From contig DATIBO010000006.1 of the NCBI GenBank assembly GCA_035457485.1, positions 690,659 through 754,658 of the forward strand: a stretch of DNA of 64,000 nt, read 5' to 3'. Positions 8,372 to 19,738 of the stretch are shown here, in pieces. This stretch comes from Candidatus Saccharimonadales bacterium. GTDB taxonomy: Bacteria > Patescibacteriota > Saccharimonadia > Saccharimonadales > EFPC-124. A model generated the notes under the pieces. It was not told the DNA's origin and searched no databases. It saw only the letters and a list, made by a program, of their open reading frames with translations. Position 1 is the first letter of the stretch. The number at the start of each line of letters is the position of its first letter. Made by a program: the position numbers and the translations under genes.

Positions 8372-10738
8372 CTAGTTATTCCACTGCCAATCACGAACCT
8401 CAGGCATATCTATCCCATGTATTTTTATATAATCCGCATGCTCAAGCAGCTTTTTCTGCATGAGCTGTTTGAGTTCCTGAGCCCCTTCCCCTGTAATACC
8501 AGCATAGTCTATGGCGTCAATTACCAAACGAAAACGATCCATATCGTTACGCACCGTCATGTCGAACGCAGTCGTAATAGTGCCTTCCTCTTTATAACCG
8601 CGCACGTGCAAGTTGCGGTTGGCACGGCGGTAGGTTAAGCGATGAACCACCCATGGGTATCCGTGGAACGCAAAAATGATCTGTTTGTTCTTTGTGAAGA
8701 GTGTGTCGTAGTCGGCATCGCTAAGTCCGTGGGGGTGCTCTGTATCGGGTTGCAATCTCATAAGATCAACCACGTTTACAACGCGAATTTTAAGCTGCGG
8801 CAAATGCTCGCGGAGAATAGATACGGCTGCAAGTGTTTCTAACGTAGGAACATCGCCAGCGCAAGCCATTACTAGATCTGGTTCCGAACCGTCATCATTG
8901 CTCGCCCAATCCCAAACACTTGCGCCTTTCGTGCAATGATCAATCGCCTCATCCATCGTGAGCCATTGAGGGCTGTTGTGTTTGCCGGTAATAGTCAGAT
9001 TTATATAATTACGACTCTTCAAACAGTGGTCAATCGTAGAAAGCAAGGTATTTGCATCCGGCGGCAGGTAAATGCGCACCATCGAGGCTTTTTTATTAAG
9101 CAAGTGATCGATAAAACCAGGGTCTTGATGTGTAAATCCGTTATGGTCTTGCCGCCAAACATGCGAGGTTAACAGGTAATTTAACGAAGCTATCGGGTGA
9201 CGCCATGGCAGTTCGTTGCTCATTTTAATCCACTTAGCATGTTGATTAACCATGGAGTCGACAATGCGAATAAAGGCCTCATAGCTATGGAAAATACCGT
9301 GCCTACCTGTTAAAAGATAGCCTTCTAGCCATCCCTGATCCTGGTGCTCACTAAGCATAGAATCCAGCACAGAGCCACTTGCCGCTAAGTGCTCATCGGT
9401 TGGTTTTATTTCAGCCGACCACTGCCGATCGGTCACTTCAAAAACAGCTTCGAGCCGATTAGAGACAAGTTCGTCTGGACCGAATATTCTAAAGTTATGA
9501 TGCGTTTGATTTTGTTTAACAACGTCACGCAAGAATGGACCTAACGCATGAACATTACCTTCGTTAGTAGCGCTTCGGTGTTCCAACTTAACCGCGTAAT
9601 CACGAAAGTCAGGCAGATCAAGTTCACGCAAGAAACCGCCACCGTTTGCATGCGGATTGGCTCCCATGCGATACTTACCAGTTGGCGCAAGTTCAGCCAG
9701 CTCTGGTAGTAATTTACCGTTTTGATCAAACAGTTCTTCTGGTTTATAACTTTTGAGCCACTGCTCCAAAACAACCAGGTTTTCAGGATGATCAGTATCA
9801 ACAGTAAGCGGAACTTGATGAGAACGGAAATTATTCTCGACTTGCTTGCCATCGATGGTTTTTGGACCAGTCCAACCTTTTGGAGAATTAAGAATAATCA
9901 TCGGCCAACGAGGTCGGGTCATATCGTTACCTTCGCGGGCTTCAGCTTGGATCTGCTTGATTTCTTTGACAACTTCATCGAGTTTAGACGCCATAAGCTG
10001 GTGCATCTGCATTGGGTCATCGCCCTCCACAAAATACGGAGTCCAGCCATAACCCCTAAACAATTGATCTAATTCGTCGCGATCAATCCGCGCCAATATT
10101 GTTGGGTTACTAATTTTGTAGCCGTTGAGGTGCAAAATAGGCAGCACGGCGCCGTCAGTTTTTGGATTAATAAATTTATTTGAATGCCAAGCGGTAGCCA
10201 GCGGTCCGGTTTCAGCCTCGCCATCTCCAACGACACAAGCAGTAATTAGATCAGGGTTATCGAATACCGCACCAAAGGCATGACTTAGCGAGTATCCAAG
10301 CTCGCCGCCCTCATGAATTGAGCCAGGCACTTGCGGCGAAACATGACTAGACAAACCACCCGGGAACGAAAACATCTGGAACAATTTTTTAAGCCCAGCT
10401 TCATCCTGTGTAACTTTAGGATAATAGTCGGTAAACGTTCCCTCTAGGTACACGTTGCCGACCACCGCCGGACCGCCGTGACCCGGACCCGAGATATAAA
10501 TCATATTCAAGTCGCGCTCTTTAATTACTCGGTTTAAATGAGCATAGATAAAGTTCTGACCAGGAGTAGTACCCCAATGTCCTAACAGCAACTTTTTTAT
10601 GTGCTCAAGCCTTAATGGTTGCTTAAGAAGCGGATTGTCACATAAGTAAATTTGCCCGACAGACAAGTAATTTGCAGCGCGCCAATAGGCGTCAATATTA
10701 TAAAGCGTCTTAGCGTCTAATGGGTTATTGGGGTTCAT
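8372..10738 (-). CDS. xfp: xylulose-5-P/fructose-6-P phosphoketolase
   Basis: 788 aa. Motifs [16 protein letters not shown] and GDGEAETGP (TPP-binding). Confidence 0.9.
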   Translation of the reverse strand: MNPNNPLDAKTLYNIDAYWRAANYLSVGQIYLCDNPLLKQPLRLEHIKKLLLGHWGTTPGQNFIYAHLNRVIKERDLNMIYISGPGHGGPAVVGNVYLEGTFTDYYPKVTQDEAGLKKLFQMFSFPGGLSSHVSPQVPGSIHEGGELGYSLSHAFGAVFDNPDLITACVVGDGEAETGPLATAWHSNKFINPKTDGAVLPILHLNGYKISNPTILARIDRDELDQLFRGYGWTPYFVEGDDPMQMHQLMASKLDEVVKEIKQIQAEAREGNDMTRPRWPMIILNSPKGWTGPKTIDGKQVENNFRSHQVPLTVDTDHPENLVVLEQWLKSYKPEELFDQNGKLLPELAELAPTGKYRMGANPHANGGGFLRELDLPDFRDYAVKLEHRSATNEGNVHALGPFLRDVVKQNQTHHNFRIFGPDELVSNRLEAVFEVTDRQWSAEIKPTDEHLAASGSVLDSMLSEHQDQGWLEGYLLTGRHGIFHSYEAFIRIVDSMVNQHAKWIKMSNELPWRHPIASLNYLLTSHVWRQDHNGFTHQDPGFIDHLLNKKASMVRIYLPPDANTLLSTIDHCLKSRNYINLTITGKHNSPQWLTMDEAIDHCTKGASVWDWASNDDGSEPDLVMACAGDVPTLETLAAVSILREHLPQLKIRVVNVVDLMRLQPDTEHPHGLSDADYDTLFTKNKQIIFAFHGYPWVVHRLTYRRANRNLHVRGYKEEGTITTAFDMTVRNDMDRFRLVIDAIDYAGITGEGAQELKQLMQKKLLEHADYIKIHGIDMPEVRDWQWNN

Positions 10739-11903
10739 GAGCGCCTTTCATCTTTAAAAGTTGGCTGGCTTCGCGCGCAATAGTAACCGATTCTTCGGTA
10801 TGAATCACGTATGCGCCGACTTTTGCGCCGTCAACCGATATTAAGCGTGCATTTTGCCGGTTGCGAGCTTCGTCTAGTGTGACACCTATAAAACCAAGCT
10901 CTTCACATATCCTCGATCTAATTTTTGGAGCATTTTCGCCGATACCGCCAGTAAACACAAGTGTGTCGAGTCCACCAAGTGCCGCCGCAAAACCACCTAT
11001 ACTTTTTTTGACTTGGTAGCAAAATATTTCTACGGCGTCTTTAGCGCGACTATCTTCGGCCTCAATCTCGAGCAATTTTTTCATATCTGCCGTCGTCTCC
11101 GAGATACCCAGTAGTCCCGATTCAAAGTTGACCATACGGCTAAATCTTTTAGCATCGTATCCTTCAGCTCGGGAGAGATATAAAGCTAAGCCCGGATCAA
11201 GATCACCCGAACGAGTGCTCATTGGAATGCCCGAAGCTGGCGTCATGCTCATTGTAGTATCAATCGGTTTTGAGTTTTCCAAAGCCGTGAGGCTAGCACC
11301 GTTACCTAAATGAGCAATTATAACCCTTCCATCTGCAATGTTTTCGCCCTCAACACGCCGGAGTTCTTCTAAAATATAGGCGTACGACAAACCATGAAAA
11401 CCATAACGCCGTATGCCTTTCGCTTCGAGATGGCGGGGGATCGGCAAAATTCGTGAGCGTGATGGTAAGTCGTGGTAAAACGCTGTATCAAAACAAAGCA
11501 CCTGCAGAGCTTGCGGCAGTAAACTTTGAAAAACCTTAACAAGCTCTAACTCCGTCGGTAAGTGATCGGGGCTAAAAGCTGTAAGTTTTTGCAATTCCTT
11601 TAGTACGTTGTTCGTTGCAATTTGCGCTTGGTAATAGCTTGGCCCGCCATTCACAATTCTATGACCAACCGCGACAATACTGCCAAAATTCACCTGGGGC
11701 TCAAGCCAACTGGTTAATAACTTAACTGCGTCTAAGTGATTATTTGCAGTGACCAGCTTTTTCGCGCTGGAAGTTACTAAACTTGCCGAGGATCCAATAT
11801 TTTCGACTGTGGCTTCTAGGATTTTACGATCGGCCAAAAATAGGCCGAGCTTAACACTAGATGAACCTCCGTTAACCGTCAGAATATATTGGTCACTTTT
11901 CAT
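10725..11903 (-). CDS. ackA: acetate kinase
   Basis: Motifs [34 protein letters not shown] use the ATG at 11903 (MKSDQYIL..). The longer ORF to 12110 overlaps the divergent VKOR gene and adds a non-homologous N-terminus. Confidence 0.85.
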   Translation of the reverse strand: MKSDQYILTVNGGSSSVKLGLFLADRKILEATVENIGSSASLVTSSAKKLVTANNHLDAVKLLTSWLEPQVNFGSIVAVGHRIVNGGPSYYQAQIATNNVLKELQKLTAFSPDHLPTELELVKVFQSLLPQALQVLCFDTAFYHDLPSRSRILPIPRHLEAKGIRRYGFHGLSYAYILEELRRVEGENIADGRVIIAHLGNGASLTALENSKPIDTTMSMTPASGIPMSTRSGDLDPGLALYLSRAEGYDAKRFSRMVNFESGLLGISETTADMKKLLEIEAEDSRAKDAVEIFCYQVKKSIGGFAAALGGLDTLVFTGGIGENAPKIRSRICEELGFIGVTLDEARNRQNARLISVDGAKVGAYVIHTEESVTIAREASQLLKMKGAHEPQ

Positions 11904-12035
11904 AAATCTTACGCTTATTATACCCTCATATCTTAATTGTATGAAATAGCCCGATAAAGCGTAGCTAATTTCACACTCATAGGCTGTGATTTTAGTCACA
12001 GGCACACAACAAGTTTGTGTATATAATTTAAACCC

Positions 12036-12602
12036 ATGATTAAACCAAGAACAATATACGGCATTATGACAACCGGAGGCGTCATTGGCGCAATAGCCGC
12101 CTTTTTGCAAACAACCGAAAAAATACAGCTGCTTAAAAACAAAGATGCGATTTTGGCTTGCGACTTAGGTAGTATATTTAGTTGCTCAGATGTGTTGAGC
12201 GCCTGGCAAAGTTCTGTTTTTGGGTTCCCAAACTCATTAATGTGCATGACCTTGTTTACAATTTTTGCTGCCACTGCGCTAGTGGGGTTGAGCGGCGGGG
12301 TTTTGCCCAAAAAGTTACGACTAAGCATACATGCACTATCTTTATTTACGCTGGGTTTTGCCTTGTGGTTTTTAACACAGAGTATTTATGTTATTAACGC
12401 GCTTTGCATACTCTGTATTTTTTGTTTCGTCGGCTTGTTGCTGGTAAATTGGAGCTGGTTACGACTCAACGCCGCAGATTTACCGATTGGCGAGCGAGGT
12501 CGTGCCCTCATAAAAAGATTAGTGGCACGCGATATCGACACGCTTGCGTGGATTCTACTCACTTTAGCAATGGCGCTCGCGATGTTTACGCGTTTTTATT
12601 AA
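12036..12602 (+). CDS. vitamin K epoxide reductase (VKOR) family membrane protein
   Basis: 188 aa, 4-5 TM helices. Loop Cys pair CDLGSIFSC and TM CxxC (CILC). Confidence 0.7.
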   Translation: MIKPRTIYGIMTTGGVIGAIAAFLQTTEKIQLLKNKDAILACDLGSIFSCSDVLSAWQSSVFGFPNSLMCMTLFTIFAATALVGLSGGVLPKKLRLSIHALSLFTLGFALWFLTQSIYVINALCILCIFCFVGLLLVNWSWLRLNAADLPIGERGRALIKRLVARDIDTLAWILLTLAMALAMFTRFY

Positions 12603-12608
12603 ATCCGT

Positions 12609-13259
12609 TTATAATTCCTCGCCCAAGGCGGCCTCGAGTCGCCGCAAATCATTAATTAAAATTCCACCATTAGCAACCTTTATAAGACCTGCTACTTTTA
12701 GTTCTTGAATGCGTCGGCTGACGGTCTCACGCACTAGGCCGGAGTGGCGAGCAAGGTCATTCTCGTTAAGATTGATCAACACTGAGCCATCGATTTGCGG
12801 CTCGCCAAAGCGGTAGGCGACGTTAAGTAGTTCGAATATAAGTCGACTTCGAGCGCTGCCACCCATTAGGTGAGTCATGCGCCTTAACACGCCGTCAACG
12901 CCACGATACACGCGAGCCAACAGATCGAATAAAATATCAGGTTCATTATGCAAAAAGCGAACAACGTCGGCTTTTGGCGCAACGCGTACAGTCGTTTTTA
13001 GGCTTGCTTCAAAAAAGTAATAGTTTTTAACCTCATTAATAGCCGAGGACATCGGGAAAAACGCCCCGGGCTTAAACACATTAACTACAACTTCGTTGCC
13101 GTTTGGCGCAATATCATACTGGCTAACACGACCATCGACTAGGTAAAAGACTGATTGTATAGGATCATCCGCGCGCAACAATAACTCTCGCTTGTCAAAC
13201 GACTGCGATGGGTAATTTTCAAAAAATAATCTGACTTTATCTTTAATATCCATGCGCAT
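12609..13259 (-). CDS. Crp/Fnr-family transcriptional regulator
   Basis: 216 aa. N-terminal cNMP-binding-like beta-roll and C-terminal HTH (LARHSGLVRETVSRRIQELK). Confidence 0.75.
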   Translation of the reverse strand: MRMDIKDKVRLFFENYPSQSFDKRELLLRADDPIQSVFYLVDGRVSQYDIAPNGNEVVVNVFKPGAFFPMSSAINEVKNYYFFEASLKTTVRVAPKADVVRFLHNEPDILFDLLARVYRGVDGVLRRMTHLMGGSARSRLIFELLNVAYRFGEPQIDGSVLINLNENDLARHSGLVRETVSRRIQELKVAGLIKVANGGILINDLRRLEAALGEEL

Positions 13260-13310
13260 ATTATACAGGCTTGGTTTTTTGTGTTGACTCTAGTGGGAAG
13301 CTAAGTCTGA

Positions 13311-13772
13311 CTATTTTCCACTCGCGATCAAGTTATACTTATAAATCCGTCGCTCAACCTCTGATGCCGACTCTTTGAATTCCGCAGGATTTTTAAAAGC
13401 TATTTCGTCACCATCATCACCGGCGATAAACGACATTTTCTGCGGGTTCACCGCAAAAACCAGGCGTAGCTGCCAAAAGTTGTGCTCACTTAGATGCGCG
13501 GGTTCATCCACGCTTATAATCCTAAAATCAAAGTCTCCTAAAAGATTAACTTCTTCTTTCATTTCGCGGGCAATGGTAGATTTAATATTTTCACCATGAT
13601 CCATACCGCCACCGGGTAAGTCCCACCAATCGCGACCAGTTTCTTTCACAACCAAAACTTCGCCTTTTTCATTCTGAACAAGGCATTTTAATGATATCCG
13701 GTAAAGGTAATCAGTTCTTCGAGTCGAGGGGCTGTCGTAGCTAACAACGCCAAGAGAATTTTGGCTGGACAT
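13311..13772 (-). CDS. NUDIX hydrolase
   Basis: Nudix box GGGMDHGENIKSTIAREMKEEVNL. Confidence 0.8.
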   Translation of the reverse strand: MSSQNSLGVVSYDSPSTRRTDYLYRISLKCLVQNEKGEVLVVKETGRDWWDLPGGGMDHGENIKSTIAREMKEEVNLLGDFDFRIISVDEPAHLSEHNFWQLRLVFAVNPQKMSFIAGDDGDEIAFKNPAEFKESASEVERRIYKYNLIASGK

Positions 13773-13847
13773 GACATAATTATACAGCCAACTTAATTAT
13801 GTACACGTGTATGTTGCGCTTTACTGTAATAAAGATATAATCGGGCC

Positions 13848-14828
13848 GTGAGTATTAAACAGTCGGCATCAAAGGTTAATAAAAACAAAAAAACCAAAAA
13901 ACGTTATTTGATTTACGCGTTAATCTTATTAGTTTTAGCCATCGCGGCATCAATCGCTTTTATAATATTTCGGAATAATCATCAACTAAAGCCAGGGGCA
14001 ACGGCTTATACACTAACTGTAGATGGACTACAACGCACGTATCGTCTATACGTACCCGCTTCGTTGCCGGCGGGCCAGGTTCCGCTCGTTGTAATGCTGC
14101 ACGGGGCTTTGGGAACCGGACAGCAAGCCGAAGAAGACTACGGCTGGGATGCAAAGGCAGATGCTGAAAAGTTTGTTGTAGTCTATCCGGATGGTATCAA
14201 GCGATCATGGTCGGTAAGTAGTGACTGCTGTGGTCCACCAGCCAAAGATCATATTAACGATGTGGCTTTTATTACTTCGGTTGTTTCCGATATTTCCTCA
14301 AAGGTCTCTATAGATTCGTCACGAATTTACGCTACCGGCACCTCAAATGGTGGCGCCCTGGCATACCGTATGGCATGTGATACTGATATTTTTGCCGCCA
14401 TAGCACCAGTCTCAACTGACATGCTCGGCGAATGTCCGGCGCCAAACCCAACCTCCGTAATTCATATACATGGCGCAGACGATGAAACCTTTCCATATAG
14501 CGGCGGCCCCGGGAAACGTAACAATGCAGGAACCGGCGACAGGCCTGCCAATACTACAGGACCTTCTATACCAGACCTCATAGCTATGTGGCGCGAAGTT
14601 GATAGCTGCAAACCACCAACCGATACCATTTCTGAACAGGTTAGGACTTCGCAGTCCAGTTGCGCCGAAGGACGAGATGTAACGCTCGTCACCATAGATG
14701 GTGCAGGACATCAGTGGCCAGGTGGAGCTGAACAAAAGCCAGTAGGCCGGAAGCTAATAGAACTGGATCCGCCTTTCAAGGCACTCGATGCAACGAGCGT
14801 TATCTGGCAATTTTTTAGCGAACACTAA
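13848..14828 (+). CDS. secreted/membrane-anchored PHB-depolymerase-family esterase (LpqC-like)
   Basis: GTG start, N-terminal anchor helix. PLVVMLHG.., VVYPDG, nucleophile GTSNGGALAY. Visibly more GC-rich than the flanks. Confidence 0.65.
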   Translation: MSIKQSASKVNKNKKTKKRYLIYALILLVLAIAASIAFIIFRNNHQLKPGATAYTLTVDGLQRTYRLYVPASLPAGQVPLVVMLHGALGTGQQAEEDYGWDAKADAEKFVVVYPDGIKRSWSVSSDCCGPPAKDHINDVAFITSVVSDISSKVSIDSSRIYATGTSNGGALAYRMACDTDIFAAIAPVSTDMLGECPAPNPTSVIHIHGADDETFPYSGGPGKRNNAGTGDRPANTTGPSIPDLIAMWREVDSCKPPTDTISEQVRTSQSSCAEGRDVTLVTIDGAGHQWPGGAEQKPVGRKLIELDPPFKALDATSVIWQFFSEH

Positions 14829-14835
14829 GTGATGT

Positions 14836-15261
14836 CTAGTGGCCCATTTGGTGGCTTTGCGGAGTGATTTTATAGCCCCAGTCAGTTTGCCAAGTTTGCA
14901 TTTGATCGATTTCTTTAGATTGAGCAGTCAGAATATCGTCAGCCATAACTTTTAGCTCGTCGTGCTTTGTATTCGCCCGAACCAGCCTGGCCATTTCTAT
15001 TGCCCCTTGGTGATGGGCAATCATGCCACTTAAGAACGCCTTGTCGAAGTCGTCACCAGTTTTACCTTGCAAGCCAACCGACATTTCGCTCATTGTCATG
15101 TCGTCGTTATCCATCATTCCTTGCACGTCTGTTCGAGTATGTATGCCCATAGCGTTCATCATGCTAGTATAATTATTATTCACCGAGACTGTAGCAACAA
15201 CCCAGGTTATGCCAATGCCAGCCAGCAGACCGACTCCCCCAAACAATAGTTCTTTTTTCAT
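14836..15261 (-). CDS. DUF305-family (ferritin-like four-helix) exported protein
   Basis: Motifs FDKAFLSGMIAHHQGAIEMA and ILTAQSKEIDQMQTW. ATG at 15261 preceded by GGAGGA. Confidence 0.65.
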   Translation of the reverse strand: MKKELLFGGVGLLAGIGITWVVATVSVNNNYTSMMNAMGIHTRTDVQGMMDNDDMTMSEMSVGLQGKTGDDFDKAFLSGMIAHHQGAIEMARLVRANTKHDELKVMADDILTAQSKEIDQMQTWQTDWGYKITPQSHQMGH

Positions 15262-15315
15262 ATATCCTCCGTTGTTATTAACGTGGCTCAACAAGCCGAT
15301 GTACTACACCAAGAT

Positions 15316-16221
15316 TCACTTTATCCCCGCCGTCATTTGAATGCCAACCTCACCCTTAAACGCGGCGGCATTATCGCTTGCAAATTGTTTCATAGTTGTC
15401 GGAGGTATGTTAAACCAGTCATGCGTCCCAAGATACGTCTTAGAAATACCTTTGGCTTTCCTCTCTGCCCAAAGCTGCGCAAACACACGTGCACGCACTT
15501 CTGGATAACCAAGCTTTAGCCAACGCTCTATTTTTTCTTCGATACTACAATCAACATAAGTAATTGTGCGACCAAGTGCTTCTGAAATATCACTGCAAAT
15601 TTGTGCAATAGTAAGCGCCTCGGGGCCGGTAATTTTATAAATCTGCGAGGCGTGCCGTTTATAATCTTGTAGAATCGCGCTTGCAATCTTTGCGACATCA
15701 ACAAGGGCAACGGGTGCCATGGTAACATTACCGGCAGGCAAAATTACGGCGTCCTCGGCCACGATTGTTGGGACTTCTTCGAGATATACCTCCATAAACT
15801 GAGAAGGACGCAAAATAGTCCAGGCCATACCTGATGCCATAAGATATCGCTCAATTTGAGCGTGATTACGCGTAGATCGGAACTTTTCGGCATCAAATCC
15901 AACAATAGAATCTTCGCCACTAAATTTAACAATGTGTTTAACGCCTGCCGCCTTGCAAGCATCAATAAACGTAATCTGCGTTTCAAGCAGTTCTGGCCCA
16001 GCTCCAGAAATCATTAAAACTACGTCAATATCTTTTAGAGCATTACCGAGCGTGTGCGGCATCATCATGTCGCCTTCGACAGGTTCAATACCTGGCAGAT
16101 TATCTAAAACGTTTGCTTTTTCGACAGTGCGATACAAAGCCCGAGCAGCAATATTATTGCGTGACAGCTCTTTAACAACAGTTAAGCCTGGGCGTCCTGT
16201 GGCTGCAGTAACTAAAATCAT
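15316..16221 (-). CDS. NmrA-like / atypical SDR NAD(P)-binding protein
   Basis: N-terminus MILVTAATGRPG (Rossmann fold). ATG at 16221 preceded by GAGGAG. Confidence 0.65.
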   Translation of the reverse strand: MILVTAATGRPGLTVVKELSRNNIAARALYRTVEKANVLDNLPGIEPVEGDMMMPHTLGNALKDIDVVLMISGAGPELLETQITFIDACKAAGVKHIVKFSGEDSIVGFDAEKFRSTRNHAQIERYLMASGMAWTILRPSQFMEVYLEEVPTIVAEDAVILPAGNVTMAPVALVDVAKIASAILQDYKRHASQIYKITGPEALTIAQICSDISEALGRTITYVDCSIEEKIERWLKLGYPEVRARVFAQLWAERKAKGISKTYLGTHDWFNIPPTTMKQFASDNAAAFKGEVGIQMTAGIK

Positions 16222-16418
16222 AAGACTCCTCAATATTATGTTGATAATTATAATCAAAAAGGCAGTGGCAGTATTGTAAAAAACCGCCCATAGCCATTCC
16301 CAGGACTTTCGCTGTCAATACTACACTATCCACACATTTTTACGATCGCTATACTAAGGTCAGCTGTGAGAGGCTAAAATAAAAAACTACAATAAACAAA
16401 AATGGAGGGGATATTTTT

Positions 16419-17093
16419 ATGTCTCAAAAAAACCAGGTTCACCCCAGTGGGATTAAACAATCTATCGTAGACAAGGTTGTTGCCAGACGCGGCCAGCTGC
16501 ACGCTTTCCCAGAGCTCAATCCAACTAAAACCGCACTTGTTGTGGTTGATTTAGACACAGGAACGGTAACGCGGGTAGACGACGAAATCAAGACGTTTGT
16601 ACCACAAATCAATAAACTGGCAAAAGCGCTTAAGGCAGCTGGCGGAACCGTGGCTTGGGTAACTACGCCAATTGGCAATGCATCTAAAAAATTCCGCGCA
16701 ATATATGGTGACGAGCTGGCGGCCATGTACGAAGAAGAAGGAGCAGAAAAGGGGAAGGCTCGCACAATATGGCACGAACTGGAAACGCAAACCGGGGATA
16801 TATTTGCAACAAAGCGCGGCGCGAGCGCGTTTTTTCCAGGTAAATCAGATCTTCACGATCAGCTTCAGGCGCGAAACATTGAATCAATCTTAATCGTAGG
16901 GGCAGTTACAAATGTGTGTTGCGAAGCAAGCGCGCGCGACGCCAGCGAGCTCGACTACGAGGTAACATTAGTAAGCGACTGTATGTGGGGCCACAAAGAC
17001 GGACAACACGAGGCCACGTTAGCGACTTTTTATAGGAATTATGGAGATGTGCGACCTAGCGAGGAAATAGTGGAGCAGTTTGTCGAGATGTAA
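16419..17093 (+). CDS. isochorismatase-family cysteine hydrolase
   Basis: Motifs ALVVVDLD, ILIVGAVTNVCCEASARDA (catalytic Cys context). Confidence 0.7.
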   Translation: MSQKNQVHPSGIKQSIVDKVVARRGQLHAFPELNPTKTALVVVDLDTGTVTRVDDEIKTFVPQINKLAKALKAAGGTVAWVTTPIGNASKKFRAIYGDELAAMYEEEGAEKGKARTIWHELETQTGDIFATKRGASAFFPGKSDLHDQLQARNIESILIVGAVTNVCCEASARDASELDYEVTLVSDCMWGHKDGQHEATLATFYRNYGDVRPSEEIVEQFVEM

Positions 17094-17224
17094 GGTTACG
17101 ACCACTTCAAGATGATGTCTGTGATCGCTGTCACATCAAAAAGCGTTTTAGCCCTGCTATAATGCAGGCTATCTCTGGCAATCCGTTCCACACAAGGCCA
17201 AGTGACAATATTTAAGGAGCTAAT

Positions 17225-18055
17225 ATGAGTGAGAGTCATGATCTTCAAGAGCATAAAGAAATAAAGCGCTCTAAAAAGAAAAAAATCATATTCTATGTTG
17301 CTGCAGGCATGGTCGGCGTATTTATACTTGTGGGCGGTTTATACGGCTATTTATACGCTTCAACTCCCGAGCACATTAGAAAGCCCACTTTTCAACACTA
17401 TCATTTCCGTACACAGGTTTTGGTTGATAGCAAGGCGGTAGACTTTTCCGAGGACGAGTTTCAAAAAGTGACAGGCGCATCTGCTGCCTGTAGCGCCGCA
17501 GTTGGTGGAACACCAATTGATTTTCACGATAAGACAGACCAACTAACTCACGTACATTGGAATGGTATGACGGGCGGCGAGTTCCTTAAATATTTTGGCT
17601 GGAATTTTATTGGTGGCAGCGACGAACTATTGGGATGGCGTTATGATGCCGGCCTCATACCTAGCGAGGTAAAAATATATGGCAAGCTATTGCCTGCTGC
17701 GCCCGAGAGCGCAAAGTTCTACATTTATGTTGGCGACAAAAATAACTACCAACAGAAAGATTGGGGCAAGTTTATTGAGTCGGACCTTGAAACATTCTTC
17801 GGCAAGCAGAGTAACATTGGGCACGGCGAGGAAACATCATTCAACCCCTTGGACTGGTTTTTTAAAAAAGCGTACGCACACGGGGGAGTTGCAGATGAGC
17901 ATCCTTCTGATAAATCGGAGGAAGAATTGAGCCGTATAAATAACCTAATTGGCAATGTCGTTATATTCGCACAAGAACAAGAACCGACAAAAGAACAGAT
18001 TCAGGCACGTTTTAACAATCTAGTGCCACTACACGAGAGTTCTTGTGGCGACTAG
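17225..18055 (+). CDS. membrane-anchored hypothetical protein
   Basis: 276-aa ORF, GGAG SD, single N-terminal TM helix. No motif recognised. Confidence 0.45.
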   Translation: MSESHDLQEHKEIKRSKKKKIIFYVAAGMVGVFILVGGLYGYLYASTPEHIRKPTFQHYHFRTQVLVDSKAVDFSEDEFQKVTGASAACSAAVGGTPIDFHDKTDQLTHVHWNGMTGGEFLKYFGWNFIGGSDELLGWRYDAGLIPSEVKIYGKLLPAAPESAKFYIYVGDKNNYQQKDWGKFIESDLETFFGKQSNIGHGEETSFNPLDWFFKKAYAHGGVADEHPSDKSEEELSRINNLIGNVVIFAQEQEPTKEQIQARFNNLVPLHESSCGD

Positions 18056-18438
18056 TTGAGTTGAAGATGTCGGTCGTATTAAGCCTTTGCTTAGTATGTT
18101 ACACTACTGTCATGTCAAACTACTTACATGTTTTTCCAAGCTCAAATACAAAAATTAAAAGTTACCTCGACGAAGCATCGGTATTGGATAGGAGTGGCCG
18201 TGCCCCAACACAGCAAGAATTCGACGAAGCTGTAAGCCAAGTCAAACCTTACGATTACAAACTGGACGATGATGGTTCTATGGAGCTACGAAAAGGACCC
18301 GCAGAAGACATCTATACAATTTTAGACAGCATCTCCAATAAGTGCGGTGCTCAAGCAGTTTTCAATGATGATATGAAACTGTTTGTGTTTGTTCCGGGCA
18401 CAACTTTTGAAGCTTTCAAGAAGTCAGACCTAGGCTAA
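18043..18438 (+). CDS. hypothetical protein (start uncertain)
   Basis: 131-aa ORF that overlaps the previous stop. Alternative ATG at 18112. Confidence 0.3.
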   Translation: MWRLVELKMSVVLSLCLVCYTTVMSNYLHVFPSSNTKIKSYLDEASVLDRSGRAPTQQEFDEAVSQVKPYDYKLDDDGSMELRKGPAEDIYTILDSISNKCGAQAVFNDDMKLFVFVPGTTFEAFKKSDLG

Positions 18439-18481
18439 GCACTCATTAATTAAATAGCTCTACAATGTATTTTTAACGAGC

Positions 18482-19714
18482 ATGACTAACAACCAAGCTA
18501 AAAGATTATTGCGCCAGCAACCAATACGGGCTAGCCTTTTGATATTTGGAGTGATCACGTTGCTGTTTTTGGCTTGGCAACTGTTTGCACCAAACTACAT
18601 GACACCTGAATATTTGCGGCGCGTTATCTTTAACGGTGACTCGCAAGTGACCGATTGGCGAGACGTGTTCCCAAGAGCCGACATTGCCAATGATCCAACG
18701 CATATAGGGGCGCTTCCAACGACGGGTAATGATGGGCAGGCTACCGCATGGGCCGCAGTGTCCTATTATCGTGACGGCGCAACCGAGCAAATTGGTCCGA
18801 ATATGGAGAAATTTTTGGCCGACAGTGATACTAGTTCATTCATTGTCGTCCGTAACGGGCAAATCGTTTATGAGGCATATGCACAAGGCACCACGGCAGA
18901 TACGATCCACACCTCAATGTCGGCAGCTAAATCGTTCATGTCGGCGCTTACCGGTATCGCCATTCGAGATGGATTCATTAACAGTGTGAATGACAGCGTT
19001 GTGGAATACTTGCCCGAGCTGAAAGATGATATCTCGGGCGATATGACTATACGCGACCTACTTACCATGACAGCCGGCAACGCCTACGACGACAAAGGAG
19101 GGTTAACAGGCGACGATACCAAGTTCTACTGGTCGCCTCGGTTAAAGCAACTTGTTTTGGATTATTTTCGTTCGGCAGAAACACCAGGCGTACACATGCA
19201 TTATAACGACATTCAACCGCAAGTTCTGGGGATGATTTTGGAGCGCGCCACAGGTAAAAAACTGGCACAATTTACGGAAGAAGTTTTGTGGAGGCCGGCC
19301 GGGATGGAGTATGCAGCTTCGTGGAGCCTTGACAGCAAGACAGGCAGCTTCGCTCAGTCGGCAGTCGGATTTAATGCCCGAAGCCGTGATTTTGCCAGAT
19401 TCGGCCTGCTTTATTTGCAAAAAGGCATCATAAATGGCAGCCAGGTCATCCCTGAAGCATGGGTCGTCGATTCGACCTTTATGGAAGAAAAGCCCGACAG
19501 CTATTTTCAGGGGTGGCACGACAGCAACGCCTATGGTTACTACTGGTGGGGTAATCGAAAAAGTGATGGTTCCTACGATTTTTACGCCCGCGGTAAGTAC
19601 GGACAATTTATCTACGTGTCACCAGCCAACAATACAGTCATTGTCCGCACCGGGGCCTCAACCGGGCAAATTCAAGATTGGCCGCAGCTGTTAGAGCAAA
19701 TAGCCGATCGGTAG
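18482..19714 (+). CDS. serine hydrolase, beta-lactamase/transpeptidase-like family, membrane-anchored
   Basis: 410 aa. N-terminal TM helix, and an SxxK candidate in HTSMSAAKSF. Confidence 0.6.
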   Translation: MTNNQAKRLLRQQPIRASLLIFGVITLLFLAWQLFAPNYMTPEYLRRVIFNGDSQVTDWRDVFPRADIANDPTHIGALPTTGNDGQATAWAAVSYYRDGATEQIGPNMEKFLADSDTSSFIVVRNGQIVYEAYAQGTTADTIHTSMSAAKSFMSALTGIAIRDGFINSVNDSVVEYLPELKDDISGDMTIRDLLTMTAGNAYDDKGGLTGDDTKFYWSPRLKQLVLDYFRSAETPGVHMHYNDIQPQVLGMILERATGKKLAQFTEEVLWRPAGMEYAASWSLDSKTGSFAQSAVGFNARSRDFARFGLLYLQKGIINGSQVIPEAWVVDSTFMEEKPDSYFQGWHDSNAYGYYWWGNRKSDGSYDFYARGKYGQFIYVSPANNTVIVRTGASTGQIQDWPQLLEQIADR

Positions 19715-19738
19715 TCTTCTCCCGCCCGAATGGCATAT

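Noticed and set aside
10064-10086. TTGATC-N11-GATCAA palindrome resembling a Crp/Fnr half-site pair.
   Set aside because: It lies inside the phosphoketolase coding sequence, and its spacing differs from the canonical TTGAT-N4-ATCAA.
11904-12110. N-terminal 69-aa extension of the acetate kinase ORF.
   Set aside because: - The extension has no homology to AckA N-termini, which begin at ..LTVNGGSSS.
- It is Cys-rich and odd in composition.
- It overlaps the divergent VKOR gene. The internal ATG at 11903 is used instead.
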